Below are positions 1-10,189 of a stretch of DNA of 32,000 nt, in pieces. The number at the start of each line of letters is the position of its first letter. The stretch's first letter is position 1. The DNA is from Erysipelotrichaceae bacterium (GTDB lineage: Bacteria > Bacillota_I > Bacilli_A > Erysipelotrichales > Erysipelotrichaceae): positions 270,001 through 302,000 of the forward strand of contig JAUVVC010000001.1 in NCBI GenBank assembly GCA_030604855.1. Direction: 5' to 3'. Both the position numbers and the translations under genes were made by a program. The notes under the pieces are model-generated. The model had not been told where the DNA came from and made no database searches. It saw only the letters and a program-made list of their open reading frames with translations.

Positions 1-1
1 A

Positions 2-967
2 ACAAAGACCATTACCGTTAATTTGGATCAAAATGGTTATCGTTTTGTGGCGAAAGGCAGTAAGTTGGAGTTTGATGGCTATTTGAAAGTCTATGGTAAG
101 TACGAGACCAGTAAAGATAAATGGTTGCCGCATTTGGATGAAGGTGAAAAGTTGGAAAGTTTGAAGAATGAAGCCATTCAAAGCTTCACCAATCCTCCTT
201 TGCGTTATTCTGAAGCCCGTTTGATCGAAGCATTGGAAAGCAAGGGCATTGGTCGTCCAAGTACCTATGCGATGATCATTGATACGATTGTGGAACGTTT
301 GTATGTCACCTTAGATAAAGGGGAGAACAGTCGTACCAAAGTTTTCATTCCAACCGAACAAGGTTTCTTGACCGATGCGAAGTTGCAGGATCACTTTGAA
401 TCCATCATCAATGTGGATTACACCGCACAGATGGAAAGTGAATTGGATCATATCGCAGAGGGCAATCAAGACCATGTGGATGCGCTGAATCGCTTTTATG
501 AGCGCTTTTTGCCTCTATTAACTGCGGCTTATGAACAGATGGAGAAAATCAAACCGACTGAAGTCGGTCGTGAGTGTCCGGATTGCGGCAGTCCTTTGGT
601 GGAACGCAATGGACGTTACGGTAAATTCGTGGCGTGCAGCAATTATCCGACCTGTAAACATGTCGAACGTGAAGTCGTTGAACCGGTCTTGACCGGTGAG
701 TTGTGTCCGAACTGTGGCAAAGCTTTGGTAGAGAAGATGGGACGTTTTGGTAAGTTTGTGGCCTGCAGTGATTATCCGACCTGCAAGACCATCATCAAGA
801 CGGCGAAACCGAAAGCGGAACTTAAACCGACGGGCGAAATGTGTCCGGATTGTGGCAGTCCATTGGTTGAACGTTTGAATCGTTTCGGAAAAACCTTTGT
901 GGGTTGTTCAACCTATCCGAAGTGCAGATACATCCAGAAGAAAGTCAAACAAGATGACGAGGCATAA
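2..967 (+). CDS. topA: DNA topoisomerase I, C-terminal portion (5' end lies upstream of the window)
   Basis: The frame is open from base 2 ([15 protein letters not shown]...), so the TTG at 23 in the ORF track is internal. A type IA core segment ([21 protein letters not shown]) is followed by three tandem C4 zinc ribbons of the form CPxCG..LVE..R.GKF..CS.YP.C. Stop at 965-967. Confidence 0.93.
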   Translation, partial: TKTITVNLDQNGYRFVAKGSKLEFDGYLKVYGKYETSKDKWLPHLDEGEKLESLKNEAIQSFTNPPLRYSEARLIEALESKGIGRPSTYAMIIDTIVERLYVTLDKGENSRTKVFIPTEQGFLTDAKLQDHFESIINVDYTAQMESELDHIAEGNQDHVDALNRFYERFLPLLTAAYEQMEKIKPTEVGRECPDCGSPLVERNGRYGKFVACSNYPTCKHVEREVVEPVLTGELCPNCGKALVEKMGRFGKFVACSDYPTCKTIIKTAKPKAELKPTGEMCPDCGSPLVERLNRFGKTFVGCSTYPKCRYIQKKVKQDDEA

Positions 968-2270
968 AGCGGTCAAAGTGATTGGGGCTGGCTTGGCTGG
1001 TTGTGAAGCCACTTGGCAGCTTGTCAAGCGAGGGATACCCGTGCATTTGTATGAGATGCGTCCTAAGAAGATGACTCCAGCCCATAATACCTCTGCTTTT
1101 GCGGAATTGGTGTGTTCCAATTCTTTACGCAGTGATGCCTTGTTGAATGCGGTGGGAGTATTGAAGCAGGAATTGCGCATGGTGGACAGTCTGATCCTTC
1201 GTTTCGCGGATGAGCATCGTGTTCCAGCGGGCAGTGCTTTAGCAGTGGATCGTGAAGGGTTTTCCAAGGCCATCACTGATTTCTTACGTAACCATCCCTT
1301 GGTGACCCTCTTCAATGAAGAAGTGAGTGAATTAATCGAAGATGAAGATACGATCATTGCGACGGGTCCGTTGACATCCGATCCTTTGGCGGAGTTCATT
1401 CGCAAACGTTTTAATCAGAGCTCACTGTATTTCTATGATGCGGCAGCGCCGATCATCGAAAGAGATTCCATTAATTTCGATATCGCTTACTATAAATCAC
1501 GTTATGATAAAGGGGATGCGCAGGATTACATCAATTGTCCAATGACGAAAGAAGAATTCGAGCATTTCTATGAAGAATTGATCCACGCAGATGTCGTTCA
1601 ACCCAAAGACTTTGAGAAGGAAATCTTTTTTGAGGGTTGTATGCCCTTTGAAGTCATGGCCAAACGAGGTCCTAAAACGCTTACGTTTGGACCGATGAAG
1701 CCGGTAGGTCTGGCTTTGGATCGTGAAAAACCACGACCGTATGCGGTCGTTCAACTCAGACAAGACAATGCGGCAGCGTCTTTGTATAACATCGTCGGTT
1801 TTCAAACGCATCTGACTTGGCCAGAACAACGTCGAATCATCCGGATGATTCCGGGTCTAGAGAATGCGGAGTTTGCACGTTATGGCGTCATGCATCGCAA
1901 CACCTATATCAAATCACCGAACTTATTGAATCAAAATTACAAAGCCTTAGAGAATGAGCATTGGTATTTCGCTGGTCAGATGAGTGGGGTTGAAGGCTAT
2001 GTCGAATCCTGTGCGAGTGGTTGCGTCGCCGGTATCGATATGGCACGACGCTTATTGGGTTTAGAACGTTTCTATTTCTCACCCAAGACAATCATGGGGG
2101 CGATGGCGTATTACATCACGCATACCGATGCGGAAACTTTCCAACCAATGAATGCGACCTTTGGTTTATTGAATTACGAAGACAAGGGGAAGAAACACGA
2201 TCGTAAGGAGCGGATGGCGAACAGCTGTCTAGAAGCTTTTGCGGAACAAATCAAAACCTATGATGTATGA
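954..2270 (+). CDS. trmFO: Methylenetetrahydrofolate--tRNA-(uracil-5-)-methyltransferase TrmFO (Gid)
   Basis: The ORF-track start (897) lies inside topA. The first ATG, at 954, gives [23 protein letters not shown], which has an FAD-binding GxGxxG N-terminus. The motif [19 protein letters not shown] is typical of TrmFO. The gene overlaps the topA stop by 14 nt and sits in the Bacillus-type topA-trmFO-xerC order. Confidence 0.92.
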   Translation: MTRHKAVKVIGAGLAGCEATWQLVKRGIPVHLYEMRPKKMTPAHNTSAFAELVCSNSLRSDALLNAVGVLKQELRMVDSLILRFADEHRVPAGSALAVDREGFSKAITDFLRNHPLVTLFNEEVSELIEDEDTIIATGPLTSDPLAEFIRKRFNQSSLYFYDAAAPIIERDSINFDIAYYKSRYDKGDAQDYINCPMTKEEFEHFYEELIHADVVQPKDFEKEIFFEGCMPFEVMAKRGPKTLTFGPMKPVGLALDREKPRPYAVVQLRQDNAAASLYNIVGFQTHLTWPEQRRIIRMIPGLENAEFARYGVMHRNTYIKSPNLLNQNYKALENEHWYFAGQMSGVEGYVESCASGCVAGIDMARRLLGLERFYFSPKTIMGAMAYYITHTDAETFQPMNATFGLLNYEDKGKKHDRKERMANSCLEAFAEQIKTYDV

Positions 2271-3165
2271 TCATATCGACGCTTTCTTAAAAAACATCCG
2301 TTTGAAGAATACGGGATCGGTGCATACCGAAGCGGCTTATGCGCGCGATATCCGTCAGTTTCATGCGTTTTGCCTGGATCAAGGAATCGAGGATTTTAAG
2401 GATGTCGACTTGAATCAAGTTCATCAATATCTCAGTCATTTGAATCAAACATCGAATGCAGGCTTGAAAGCCAGCACTTTAGCGCGTAAATGTTCCAGTT
2501 TACGCTCTTTTTATGACTATCTGTATGAACGTCATCTCGTTTTAAACAATCCATTTAAAGATCTGAGTCCGATTCGACAATCGAAACATCTTCCGGATTT
2601 CTTACTTTTTGATGAGATGATGCGTCTGTTGGACAGCTTTGATCTTGAAGAGAAGGAAGGGTATCGCAATCGGGTTCTCTTTGAGCTGATGTATGCCTGT
2701 GGTTTACGTGTCTCTGAAGTCACATCTCTCAAACTCAATGAGATCGACATGGAGGACATGTTTTTACGCTTTGTCGGCAAGGGGAAAGTGGAGCGTATGG
2801 TTCCGTTCTATCCTGCGATGCAGAAGAAGCTTAAGCATTACTTAAAAGATATCCGACCTCAGTATGAACATTCTGTTTTGCATCCCTATGTCTTTGTGAA
2901 CAGCAAAGGGGATCGTTTAAGTCCAAGAGGTGTGCAATTTATCCTAGATAAAGCAGCTCAAATGGCTGGCATCAATCGAACGGTTCATCCTCACATGTTG
3001 CGTCATTCTTTTGCGACGCATCTGTTGGACAATGGGGCGGATCTACGGATGGTTCAGGAACTCTTGGGGCATGCGAATCTATCGACCACCCAGATTTATA
3101 CGCATGTGACCTTAGATCGTTTGAAAGCAAGCTATGAAGCATCTTTTGAGCGGGCAAAGAAGTGA
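2260..3165 (+). CDS. xerC: Tyrosine site-specific recombinase XerC (CodV-like)
   Basis: ATG-ATG at 2260/2263 overlaps the trmFO stop (2268-2270). The catalytic residues are recognisable: R in ACGLRVSE, HxxR in [12 protein letters not shown], and H and Y in [16 protein letters not shown]. The position after trmFO matches B. subtilis codV. Confidence 0.88.
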   Translation: MMYDHIDAFLKNIRLKNTGSVHTEAAYARDIRQFHAFCLDQGIEDFKDVDLNQVHQYLSHLNQTSNAGLKASTLARKCSSLRSFYDYLYERHLVLNNPFKDLSPIRQSKHLPDFLLFDEMMRLLDSFDLEEKEGYRNRVLFELMYACGLRVSEVTSLKLNEIDMEDMFLRFVGKGKVERMVPFYPAMQKKLKHYLKDIRPQYEHSVLHPYVFVNSKGDRLSPRGVQFILDKAAQMAGINRTVHPHMLRHSFATHLLDNGADLRMVQELLGHANLSTTQIYTHVTLDRLKASYEASFERAKK

Positions 3166-3173
3166 CTTAATGC

Positions 3174-3202
3174 TTGTCATACGCTGTTGGCTATGGTATA
3201 TT
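3174..3202 (+). promoter_or_regulatory. Candidate sigma-A promoter of the rpsB-tsf operon
   Basis: TTGTCA (3174-3179), a 17-nt spacer, then TATATT (3197-3202) preceded by TGg (extended -10). This predicts a 5' UTR of about 110 nt before the rpsB ATG at 3318. Confidence 0.6.
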
Positions 3203-3317
3203 ATTGAATGGCATCTTAGGGATGCACTTCACACACCCGGGATTCACGATTCCGTGCTCACTTTAGAGTTAATCGTGTTAGAACGAGTGGAGGACTAACG
3301 GAAAGCGAGGAATAATC

Positions 3318-4292
3318 ATGTCAGTCGTATCGATGAAGAAGTTATTAGAACACGGAACCCATTACGGTCACCAGACTAAGAAATGGAATCCAAAAATGAA
3401 GCCTTATATCTACACAGCGCGGAATAAGGTGTATATCATCAACTTGGAAAAGACTTTGGAAAAGTTGGATGATGCGTATGCAGCAATGCGTGCGATCGCT
3501 GAAAAGAATGGAAAAGTCTTGTTCGTAGGAACCAAGAAGCAAGCTCAACAAATCGTTTTGGATGAAGCATTGCGTAGTGGTGCTTTCTACATCAACCAAC
3601 GTTGGTTGGGTGGAACCTTGACAAACTTCAGAACCATTCAAAAACGTATCAAACGTTTATTGGATATCCAAGAAATGGAAGCAGCTGGAACGTTGGCTGT
3701 TTATCCTAAGAAGGAAATCGCACAAATCAAAAAAGAAGAAGCCCGTTTAGAAAATTTCTTGGGTGGAATCAAAGATATGAAGAAAGTACCGGATGCGGTC
3801 TTTGTTGTTGATCCAACAGAAGATTACAATGCGGTTTTGGAAGCTAAGAAATTGGGCATTCCTGTCTTCGCAATCACCGATACCAATGCCGATCCAGATA
3901 TGATCGATTATGGTATCCCTGCCAATGATGATGCGATTCGTTCCATCAAAATCATGGTCAGTTTGATGGCGGATGCGATCGTTGAAGCGAAGGGCGGCAT
4001 CTTGACCTACGCTCACCAAGAACAAGATCTTGAAAAGGATATCACCATGAGTGATGTCATCATCAATGTCAACCAACAAAATGAAGAAAATGAACGTCGT
4101 CGTCGTCAACGTATGGAAGAACGTCGTCAACGTGACGAACGTAGTGGACGTCGTCCATACGATCGTAACCGCGACAACAGCGATCGTCCAAAACGTGATT
4201 TCAAACAATACACACCACGTCCAGTTGAGAAGACCGAAGCAACTGCAGCTCCTGCAGAAGTAAAAGTTGAAACAAAAGAGGTAAGTGAATAA
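3318..4292 (+). CDS. rpsB: 30S ribosomal protein S2 with a long charged C-terminal extension
   Basis: A GAGGAA Shine-Dalgarno site lies 6 nt upstream. The N-terminus [32 protein letters not shown] and the segment VFVVDP..E..AV.EA.KLGIPV.AI.DTN.DPD are universal S2 sequences. The product is 324 aa because of a roughly 85-aa Arg/Glu/Asp-rich tail. Confidence 0.96.
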   Translation: MSVVSMKKLLEHGTHYGHQTKKWNPKMKPYIYTARNKVYIINLEKTLEKLDDAYAAMRAIAEKNGKVLFVGTKKQAQQIVLDEALRSGAFYINQRWLGGTLTNFRTIQKRIKRLLDIQEMEAAGTLAVYPKKEIAQIKKEEARLENFLGGIKDMKKVPDAVFVVDPTEDYNAVLEAKKLGIPVFAITDTNADPDMIDYGIPANDDAIRSIKIMVSLMADAIVEAKGGILTYAHQEQDLEKDITMSDVIINVNQQNEENERRRRQRMEERRQRDERSGRRPYDRNRDNSDRPKRDFKQYTPRPVEKTEATAAPAEVKVETKEVSE

Positions 4293-5182
4293 TGATCACA
4301 GCAGCACAAGTTAAAGAATTAAGAGACAAGACGGGCGCAGGGATGATGGACTGCAAGAAAGCCTTGACCGAAACCGATGGCGATATCGCGAGAGCAATCG
4401 ACTGGTTGCGTGAAAAAGGTATTTCGAAAGCAGCGAAGAAAGCTGACCGTGTTGCGGCTGAAGGCTTGACGAGAGCGGTCGTGAATGGCAATCGTGCCGT
4501 CGTATTTGAAGTGAATTCAGAAACCGATTTTGTTGCGAAGAATGAACAATTCTTGGAATTGCTCAGCGTTTTGAGCAATGCCTTGGTCAACAGCTCCGTC
4601 AAGAATCTTGAAGAAGCGTTGGCTTTGGAAATCAATGGCAAAACCGTTGAAACCTTGGTCGTGGACGCGACTGCGACGATCGGTGAGAAGATCACTTTGC
4701 GTCGTGTTGAAGTATTGGAAAAATCCGATGCGGAAGTCTTTGGATCCTATGTACACATGGGTGGCAAGATCTCTGTCATAACGAAGTTGAGTGCTACGGA
4801 AGATGCGGATGTGGCGAAGGATATGGCAATGCAAGTTGCGTCGATGAACCCAAGTTTCATTTCCCGTAATCACATGCCTGCGGACTATATTGAGCATGAA
4901 CGTAAGATTCAAGCTGAAATCATCAAGAACGATGAAGCTTTGGCCAGCAAGCCAGAGGGTGTATTAAAAGGCATCTTGGAAGGACGTTTAAGCAAGTCTT
5001 TGCAAGACAGCAGTTTAGTGGATCAATTGTTCTTTAAAGATCAAGATAAGAAAGTTTCAGATGTCGTCAAGGCAGCTAAAACTGAAGTATTGGCATTTGT
5101 TCGTTACGCTGTCGGTGAAGGCATCGAGAAGAAAGCGGATAATTTTGCTGAAGAAGTTTTGAATCAAACTTTTGGTCAGTAA
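4292..5182 (+). CDS. tsf: Elongation factor Ts
   Basis: TAATG overlap with rpsB. The N-terminus [25 protein letters not shown] is the conserved EF-Ts UBA-like start, and the order rpsB-tsf is conserved. Confidence 0.96.
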   Translation: MITAAQVKELRDKTGAGMMDCKKALTETDGDIARAIDWLREKGISKAAKKADRVAAEGLTRAVVNGNRAVVFEVNSETDFVAKNEQFLELLSVLSNALVNSSVKNLEEALALEINGKTVETLVVDATATIGEKITLRRVEVLEKSDAEVFGSYVHMGGKISVITKLSATEDADVAKDMAMQVASMNPSFISRNHMPADYIEHERKIQAEIIKNDEALASKPEGVLKGILEGRLSKSLQDSSLVDQLFFKDQDKKVSDVVKAAKTEVLAFVRYAVGEGIEKKADNFAEEVLNQTFGQ

Positions 5183-5188
5183 TTCATT

Positions 5189-5214
5189 AAAGGACACGTT
5201 TGTGTCCTTTTCTT
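5189..5214 (+). terminator. Rho-independent terminator after tsf
   Basis: AAAGGACAC (5189-5197), loop GTTT, GTGTCCTTT (5202-5210), followed by TCTT. The stem is 9 bp and runs into a T-rich tail. Confidence 0.6.
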
Positions 5215-5228
5215 AAAAGGGAGGCAGC

Positions 5229-5942
5229 ATGTACAACAGAATCTTACTAAAACTCAGTGGTGAAGCGCTTGCCGGAACCAGCAATGGATTTGACGCAGAA
5301 GTATTGGCTCAAATCGCCGAAGAAGTCAAAGAGATCACCGAGATGGGCATTCAGGTTGCGATGGTTGTCGGGGGTGGAAACTTCATCCGTGGCAAGTTTG
5401 CGGAACAAATGGGCATCGATCGTGTTCAAGCGGACTATATGGGCATGTTGGGAACCGTGATCAATTCGATCGCTCTCCAAGGTGTCTTTGAAAAGCATGG
5501 CATCATCACACGTGTGCAAACGGCGATTGAGATGAGCAAGATTGCCGAACCCTTCATTGTTCGTCGTGCGATCCGTCACCTTGAAAAAGGTCGTGTCGTG
5601 ATTTTTGCAGCGGGTACAGGCAGCCCTTATTTTTCAACGGATACCACGGCGGCATTACGTGCTTCTGAAATTGGTGCCGATGTCATCTTGATGGCTAAGA
5701 ATGGTGTGGATGGCGTCTATGATGCGGATCCAAAAGTGAACCCAAACGCGAAGCGTTATGATCACTTGACCTATCGTGAAGTCATCACCCGTAATCTGCA
5801 GATCATGGATCATACAGCCATCACGATGTGTGCGGATAACAACATTGATTTGATCGTGTTCAACATGAATCAAAAAGGAAATATAAAAAAAGCAGTAATC
5901 GATCGAAATATTGGTACAATAATATCAAAAGAGGAGAATTAA
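5229..5942 (+). CDS. pyrH: UMP kinase
   Basis: A GGGAGG Shine-Dalgarno site lies 5 nt upstream. [21 protein letters not shown] and [14 protein letters not shown] are typical of PyrH. Confidence 0.95.
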   Translation: MYNRILLKLSGEALAGTSNGFDAEVLAQIAEEVKEITEMGIQVAMVVGGGNFIRGKFAEQMGIDRVQADYMGMLGTVINSIALQGVFEKHGIITRVQTAIEMSKIAEPFIVRRAIRHLEKGRVVIFAAGTGSPYFSTDTTAALRASEIGADVILMAKNGVDGVYDADPKVNPNAKRYDHLTYREVITRNLQIMDHTAITMCADNNIDLIVFNMNQKGNIKKAVIDRNIGTIISKEEN

Positions 5943-5943
5943 A

Positions 5944-6489
5944 ATGAAAGCACATTTAGACGCTGCCAGAGAAAAAATGGCTAAACGCATTGAGAAGTTG
6001 GAACATCATTTTGGAACCATCCGTACAGGTCGTGCGAATCCAACCCAGTTGGCTGATGTCCACATCGATTATTATGGAACACCGACACCGATCAATCAGA
6101 TCGCAAGCATCAACGTTGTGGAAGGTCGTCAGATGGTCATCAAGGCATATGATACTTCCAGTCTACGTGCGATTGAACATGCGATTCAAGCCGCAAACTT
6201 GGGTTTCAATCCTACGAATGATGGCTCTGTGATCCGAATCTTGGTTCCGGCTTTGACGGAACAGACACGTAAGGAATTGACGAAGGAAGTCGCAAAACAT
6301 GGGGAAGAGGCGAAGGTTGATCTTCGCAACATCCGTCGTGATGCGAATGACCACATCAAGAAGGATGATACCTTGAGTGAAGATATGGAAAAGGAAGCTT
6401 TGGACAAGGTTCAAAAGCTGACGGATGAGCATATCAAGATTGTCGAAGAGATGATCAAAGCAAAAGATAAGGATATCATGACTGTTTAA
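5944..6489 (+). CDS. frr: Ribosome recycling factor
   Basis: A GAGGAG Shine-Dalgarno site lies inside the pyrH 3' end. FGTIRTGRANP, INVVEGRQMVIKAYD and LTEQTRKELTKEV..GEEAKVDLRNIRRDAND are typical of RRF. Confidence 0.96.
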   Translation: MKAHLDAAREKMAKRIEKLEHHFGTIRTGRANPTQLADVHIDYYGTPTPINQIASINVVEGRQMVIKAYDTSSLRAIEHAIQAANLGFNPTNDGSVIRILVPALTEQTRKELTKEVAKHGEEAKVDLRNIRRDANDHIKKDDTLSEDMEKEALDKVQKLTDEHIKIVEEMIKAKDKDIMTV

Positions 6490-6512
6490 GCTCACTTTGT
6501 GAGCTTCTTTTG
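6488..6512 (+). terminator. Rho-independent terminator after frr
   Basis: AAGCTCAC (6488-6495), loop TTT, GTGAGCTT (6499-6506), then CTTTTG. The hairpin includes the frr stop codon. Confidence 0.6.
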
Positions 6513-6526
6513 TAAAGGGGAAGATT

Positions 6527-7219
6527 ATGGGATTCAAACATGTGGCCATCATCATGGATGGCAATGGACGTTGGGCGAAAGCCCAACACCAACAGCGTAC
6601 ATTCGGCCATCTTCAAGGCAGTGAGAAGGTGCGTGAAATTGCGATCGCGGCGAATGATTTAGGCATCGAGGTTTTGACCTTGTATGCTTTTTCGACGGAA
6701 AATTGGAAGCGTCCTAAGGAAGAAGTCGATTATTTGATGAAGTTACCGGATGTCTTTTTCAATAAATTCCTTAAGGAATTGATGGCAAAGAACATCCGCA
6801 TTCAAACCATTGGTGAATTGGAAGCATTCCCCGATTCAACGCGACAAGTCTTGGAGCGTGCGATTCTAGCCACATCGAAGAATACAGGGATGATCCTGTG
6901 TTTTGCGATGAATTATGGGGGTCAACGTGAAATCATCTTGGCGGCAGAGAAGTATCATGAAGCGGTCGTAAATGGTATAATAAGTAAAGAATTAAGTCCA
7001 GAAATTTTTGAGAGATTCTTGATGACCAAGGATTATCCTGCGGTTGATCTGTGTATCCGGACATCGGGTGAGCAACGTCTATCCAACTTTCTATTGTGGC
7101 AGTTGGCGTATGCGGAGTTGATTTTCGAAACCTTGCCTTGGCCGGAGTTGACAGGGGATCATTTCAAAGAGCTGGTCTTGGATGCGACTCAGCGTGATCG
7201 ACGCTTCGGAGGTCTTTGA
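6527..7219 (+). CDS. uppS: Undecaprenyl (isoprenyl) diphosphate synthase
   Basis: HVAIIMDGNGRWA, LTLYAFSTENWKRP and IRTSGEQRLSNFLLWQLAYAEL are cis-prenyltransferase signatures. Confidence 0.95.
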   Translation: MGFKHVAIIMDGNGRWAKAQHQQRTFGHLQGSEKVREIAIAANDLGIEVLTLYAFSTENWKRPKEEVDYLMKLPDVFFNKFLKELMAKNIRIQTIGELEAFPDSTRQVLERAILATSKNTGMILCFAMNYGGQREIILAAEKYHEAVVNGIISKELSPEIFERFLMTKDYPAVDLCIRTSGEQRLSNFLLWQLAYAELIFETLPWPELTGDHFKELVLDATQRDRRFGGL

Positions 7220-7983
7220 TGAAACAACGCTTTTTAACGGCATTGGCCATTACAGCCGTTGTCTTGCCCTCGTTTCTGTATGGGGGTTGGCCTTTTCGTA
7301 TCGTCGTGTTCTTTTTCATTCTGACTTCACTTTATGAAATGTATGCCGTTAAGAAGGATGTTTGGCCTTTATGGCTTTATTTCATCATGATTGCGTTGAT
7401 CATTTTGTTTGCGGTCTTGAATTTGGAGAAACTCTATATCGCGTTCATCTTATTGATGATCGCGCTCTTTGTCTTAACCATCAGTTTCGAGTGGTTCACC
7501 CCGTTGGATCTGACCTATATCTTTACCATGCTTATTCTATTGACGACCGCATTGCGTTCGGTGTTTTTAACGGTCAGTTATGGTCGTATCGAATTGGTTT
7601 ATCTCTTGGTCGTGACCTTCTTGACGGATACCGGTGCGTATTTCGCAGGGTATTTCTTTGGTAAGAATAAACTGAATGAACGCATCTCTCCGAAAAAGAC
7701 TATTGAGGGTTCGATTGGAGGCTGGATCGTTGGGGCAGCTTCAGGTTTGATCTTTGCTTACTTCTTGGTGGATCGACTGCCGTTTACAATGATGATCGTG
7801 AGCAGTTTGATGCTTCCGATTATTTCACAGATTGGAGATCTGGCGTTCAGTTCAATCAAGCGTCACTATAAGATCAAAGACTTCGGGACCATCTTCCCAG
7901 CCCATGGGGGTGTCTTGGATCGCATCGATAGTCTGTTATTTACTTTGATGGCATTTTATGTGCTCTTGATGTTGTGGATGTAA
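7219..7983 (+). CDS. cdsA: Phosphatidate cytidylyltransferase
   Basis: The ATG at 7219 forms TGATG with the uppS stop; the ORF-track start at 7216 is a TTG one codon upstream. The product is polytopic and hydrophobic. The C-terminal signature is SSIKRHYKIKDFGTIFPAHGGVLDRIDS. Confidence 0.92.
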   Translation: MKQRFLTALAITAVVLPSFLYGGWPFRIVVFFFILTSLYEMYAVKKDVWPLWLYFIMIALIILFAVLNLEKLYIAFILLMIALFVLTISFEWFTPLDLTYIFTMLILLTTALRSVFLTVSYGRIELVYLLVVTFLTDTGAYFAGYFFGKNKLNERISPKKTIEGSIGGWIVGAASGLIFAYFLVDRLPFTMMIVSSLMLPIISQIGDLAFSSIKRHYKIKDFGTIFPAHGGVLDRIDSLLFTLMAFYVLLMLWM

Positions 7984-7984
7984 A

Positions 7985-9136
7985 ATGAAAAAAATCGTAA
8001 TTTTAGGCGCCAGTGGTTCGATTGGTACACAGACTTTGGATGTCGTTAAGCAACATCCATCTGCCTTGCGATGCTTAGGCATCAGCGTGGGTCAAAACAT
8101 TCCTTGGTTGTTTGAACATTTAAAAAATCATCATTATGATTTGGTGGTGGTACAGGATGAGTTCGATGCGAAGTCCTTGGCTCTCTTCTATCCAAATCAA
8201 ACCTTTTCTTTTGGATCTGAGGGTCTTGTTGAGTTGGCTTGTCTTAATGATGCGGAAGTTGTGGTCAATGCCTTGGTAGGCTTTGCAGGCTTGGTTCCGA
8301 CGCTTAAAGCGATTGAAGCGAAGAAAGACATCGCCTTAGCCAATAAAGAAACTTTGGTTGTGGCTGGTGAAATGGTCATGGCTAAAGTCCATGAACATCA
8401 GGTCAATCTCAGACCCATCGATTCAGAACATTCCGCCATCTTACAAGCCTTACAAGGCAATGATTTTAAGGCTGTAAAACGTTTGATCGTTACCGCTTCT
8501 GGAGGCTCATTCAGAGATAAGACGCGTGAAGAACTAAGAGAAGTGACGGTAGAAGATGCCTTGAAACATCCCAATTGGTCAATGGGTAAGAAGATCACCA
8601 TTGATTCCGCGACACTTGTGAATAAAGCGTTTGAAGTCATTGAAGCACATCACTTATTCAATCTTCCTTATGAACAGATTGATGTGATCGTGCATAAACA
8701 AAGCATCATTCATTCGATGGTCGAATACATCGATGGATCCATTATGGCGCAATTGGGCACACCCGATATGCGTGTTCCCATTCAATATGCACTCTGTGGT
8801 CCAGAACGCTTGGCACTAGATACTAAAGGTTTGGATTTTAATGCAATATCACAATTGGATTTCAAAGCTTTGGATACCGACTTCTATCCCTTGTTTCCAC
8901 TTATCATCTCAGCCGCTAAGCAAGGTGGAAATCGGATGTGTGTGGTAAATGCGGCAAATGAAGCCGCCATTCAGCTCTTCCTAAACAATGGAATCAAGTA
9001 TCTCAGCATTGAAACAATTATTGAAGATTGTTTGAATCATTTCCCTTATGCATCGAATTTAGACATTGAACAGATGGTTGAGTTGGATGCGAAGGTTAAA
9101 GACTATGTATTGCATCAACATAAGGAGCTTTCATGA
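7985..9136 (+). CDS. dxr: 1-deoxy-D-xylulose 5-phosphate reductoisomerase
   Basis: NADPH-binding N-terminus KIVILGASGSIGTQTLDV, followed by LANKE, PIDSEHSAI and NKAFEVIEAHHLF. Confidence 0.95.
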   Translation: MKKIVILGASGSIGTQTLDVVKQHPSALRCLGISVGQNIPWLFEHLKNHHYDLVVVQDEFDAKSLALFYPNQTFSFGSEGLVELACLNDAEVVVNALVGFAGLVPTLKAIEAKKDIALANKETLVVAGEMVMAKVHEHQVNLRPIDSEHSAILQALQGNDFKAVKRLIVTASGGSFRDKTREELREVTVEDALKHPNWSMGKKITIDSATLVNKAFEVIEAHHLFNLPYEQIDVIVHKQSIIHSMVEYIDGSIMAQLGTPDMRVPIQYALCGPERLALDTKGLDFNAISQLDFKALDTDFYPLFPLIISAAKQGGNRMCVVNAANEAAIQLFLNNGIKYLSIETIIEDCLNHFPYASNLDIEQMVELDAKVKDYVLHQHKELS

Positions 9137-10176
9137 CAAATATTCTCTATTTCGTCTTTGTCTTAGGGGTCATCGTTTTGATCCATGAGATTGGACATCT
9201 CATAACAGCTAAACTCTTCAACGTGTATTGTAAAGAGTTTGCGGTTGGTATGGGTCCTAAGATCGTTAGTAAGAAGTTTGGTGAAACCGAATATAGTATT
9301 CGTGCTTTTCCTTTGGGTGGCTTTGTGTCCATGGCTGGGGAAGAGGGTGTGGATACGGATATCAGCTTTGAACGCAGTATTCTAGGTATCAAACCGTGGA
9401 AGCGGATGATTGTGATGTTGGCAGGGATCTTTATGAACTTCGTCTTGGCTTCAGTGATCTTTATTGGCATCTATATGGTCCAAGGTTATGCAGTGGAAGC
9501 ACCGAAACCCATCATCAGTGGCATCATTGCGGATTCACCATCGGAAGCTGCTGGATTTAACCAAGGCGATGAAATTGTCAAAATCACTTTTATTGATGGC
9601 ACAACCATTGTTCCGGTCGATTTCTATGAAATCATCACGTACATTCAAATGTATACGGGTGAAACAACGTTTACCGTGGATCGTGATGGTGAGTTGTTGG
9701 ATATTACAGTTCAACCTGCTTTCATTGAAGCAGAGAATCGTTATTTTATCGGTCTTGAAATCCCACCTGCGACGGCAATTGAAATCAATGCGTTTGAGGC
9801 GATTGGATATGGGTTCAAGGAAGTTAAGAATACCGTGGATGACATGGTCTTCACTTTATCGCGTTTGGTTCGTGGGATTGGCTTGAATGCAGTGAGTGGT
9901 CCGATTGGTATCTATCAGGTCACCGCTCAACAAGCTTCTTATGGCTTCATCAATATTCTCTATCTCATGGGTTTATTATCAATCAATGTGGCAATCTTCA
10001 ACTTATTACCACTTCCAATATTGGATGGTGGTCGAGTGGTCCTAACCCTTTATGAATGGTTCTTTAAGAAGCCGATGAGTAAGAAGGTTGAACAAGCGCT
10101 GATGATGATCAGCGTCGGACTCTTATTGCTCCTGATGGCTTTTGTGACGATGCAAGATATCTTTAGATTGATGTAA
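9133..10176 (+). CDS. rseP: RIP (site-2) zinc metalloprotease, M50 family (RseP/RasP-like), single PDZ
   Basis: ATGA overlap with dxr and an AAGGAG Shine-Dalgarno site. HEIGH zinc motif in TM1 (VLIHEIGHLITAKL), one PDZ-like segment (GIIADSPSEAAGFNQGDEIVKI), and a second motif FNLLPLPILDGGRV. Confidence 0.92.
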   Translation: MTNILYFVFVLGVIVLIHEIGHLITAKLFNVYCKEFAVGMGPKIVSKKFGETEYSIRAFPLGGFVSMAGEEGVDTDISFERSILGIKPWKRMIVMLAGIFMNFVLASVIFIGIYMVQGYAVEAPKPIISGIIADSPSEAAGFNQGDEIVKITFIDGTTIVPVDFYEIITYIQMYTGETTFTVDRDGELLDITVQPAFIEAENRYFIGLEIPPATAIEINAFEAIGYGFKEVKNTVDDMVFTLSRLVRGIGLNAVSGPIGIYQVTAQQASYGFINILYLMGLLSINVAIFNLLPLPILDGGRVVLTLYEWFFKKPMSKKVEQALMMISVGLLLLLMAFVTMQDIFRLM

Positions 10177-10189
10177 GTTTTATGCTAAA

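Noticed and set aside
908-1405. A 165-aa ORF antisense to trmFO. Similar long antisense or alternate-frame ORFs occur elsewhere: 1497-1829, 3345-3641, 3747-4208, 4201-4695, 4517-4912, 5247-5579, 6163-6564, 9147-9470, 12524-12901, 19129-19461, 19880-20269, 24845-25156 and 27419-27811.
   Set aside because: Each lies entirely inside a well-supported conserved gene on the other strand or in another frame. They have low-complexity or odd composition, no Shine-Dalgarno site and no recognisable motif. They are typical shadow ORFs.
4051-4263. A 70-aa + strand ORF ([19 protein letters not shown]...) and minus-strand ORFs within the rpsB 3' region.
   Set aside because: They are artefacts of the CGT/GAA-rich low-complexity DNA that encodes the S2 tail. 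The S2 frame is continuous with the conserved core and ends in a TAATG junction with tsf.
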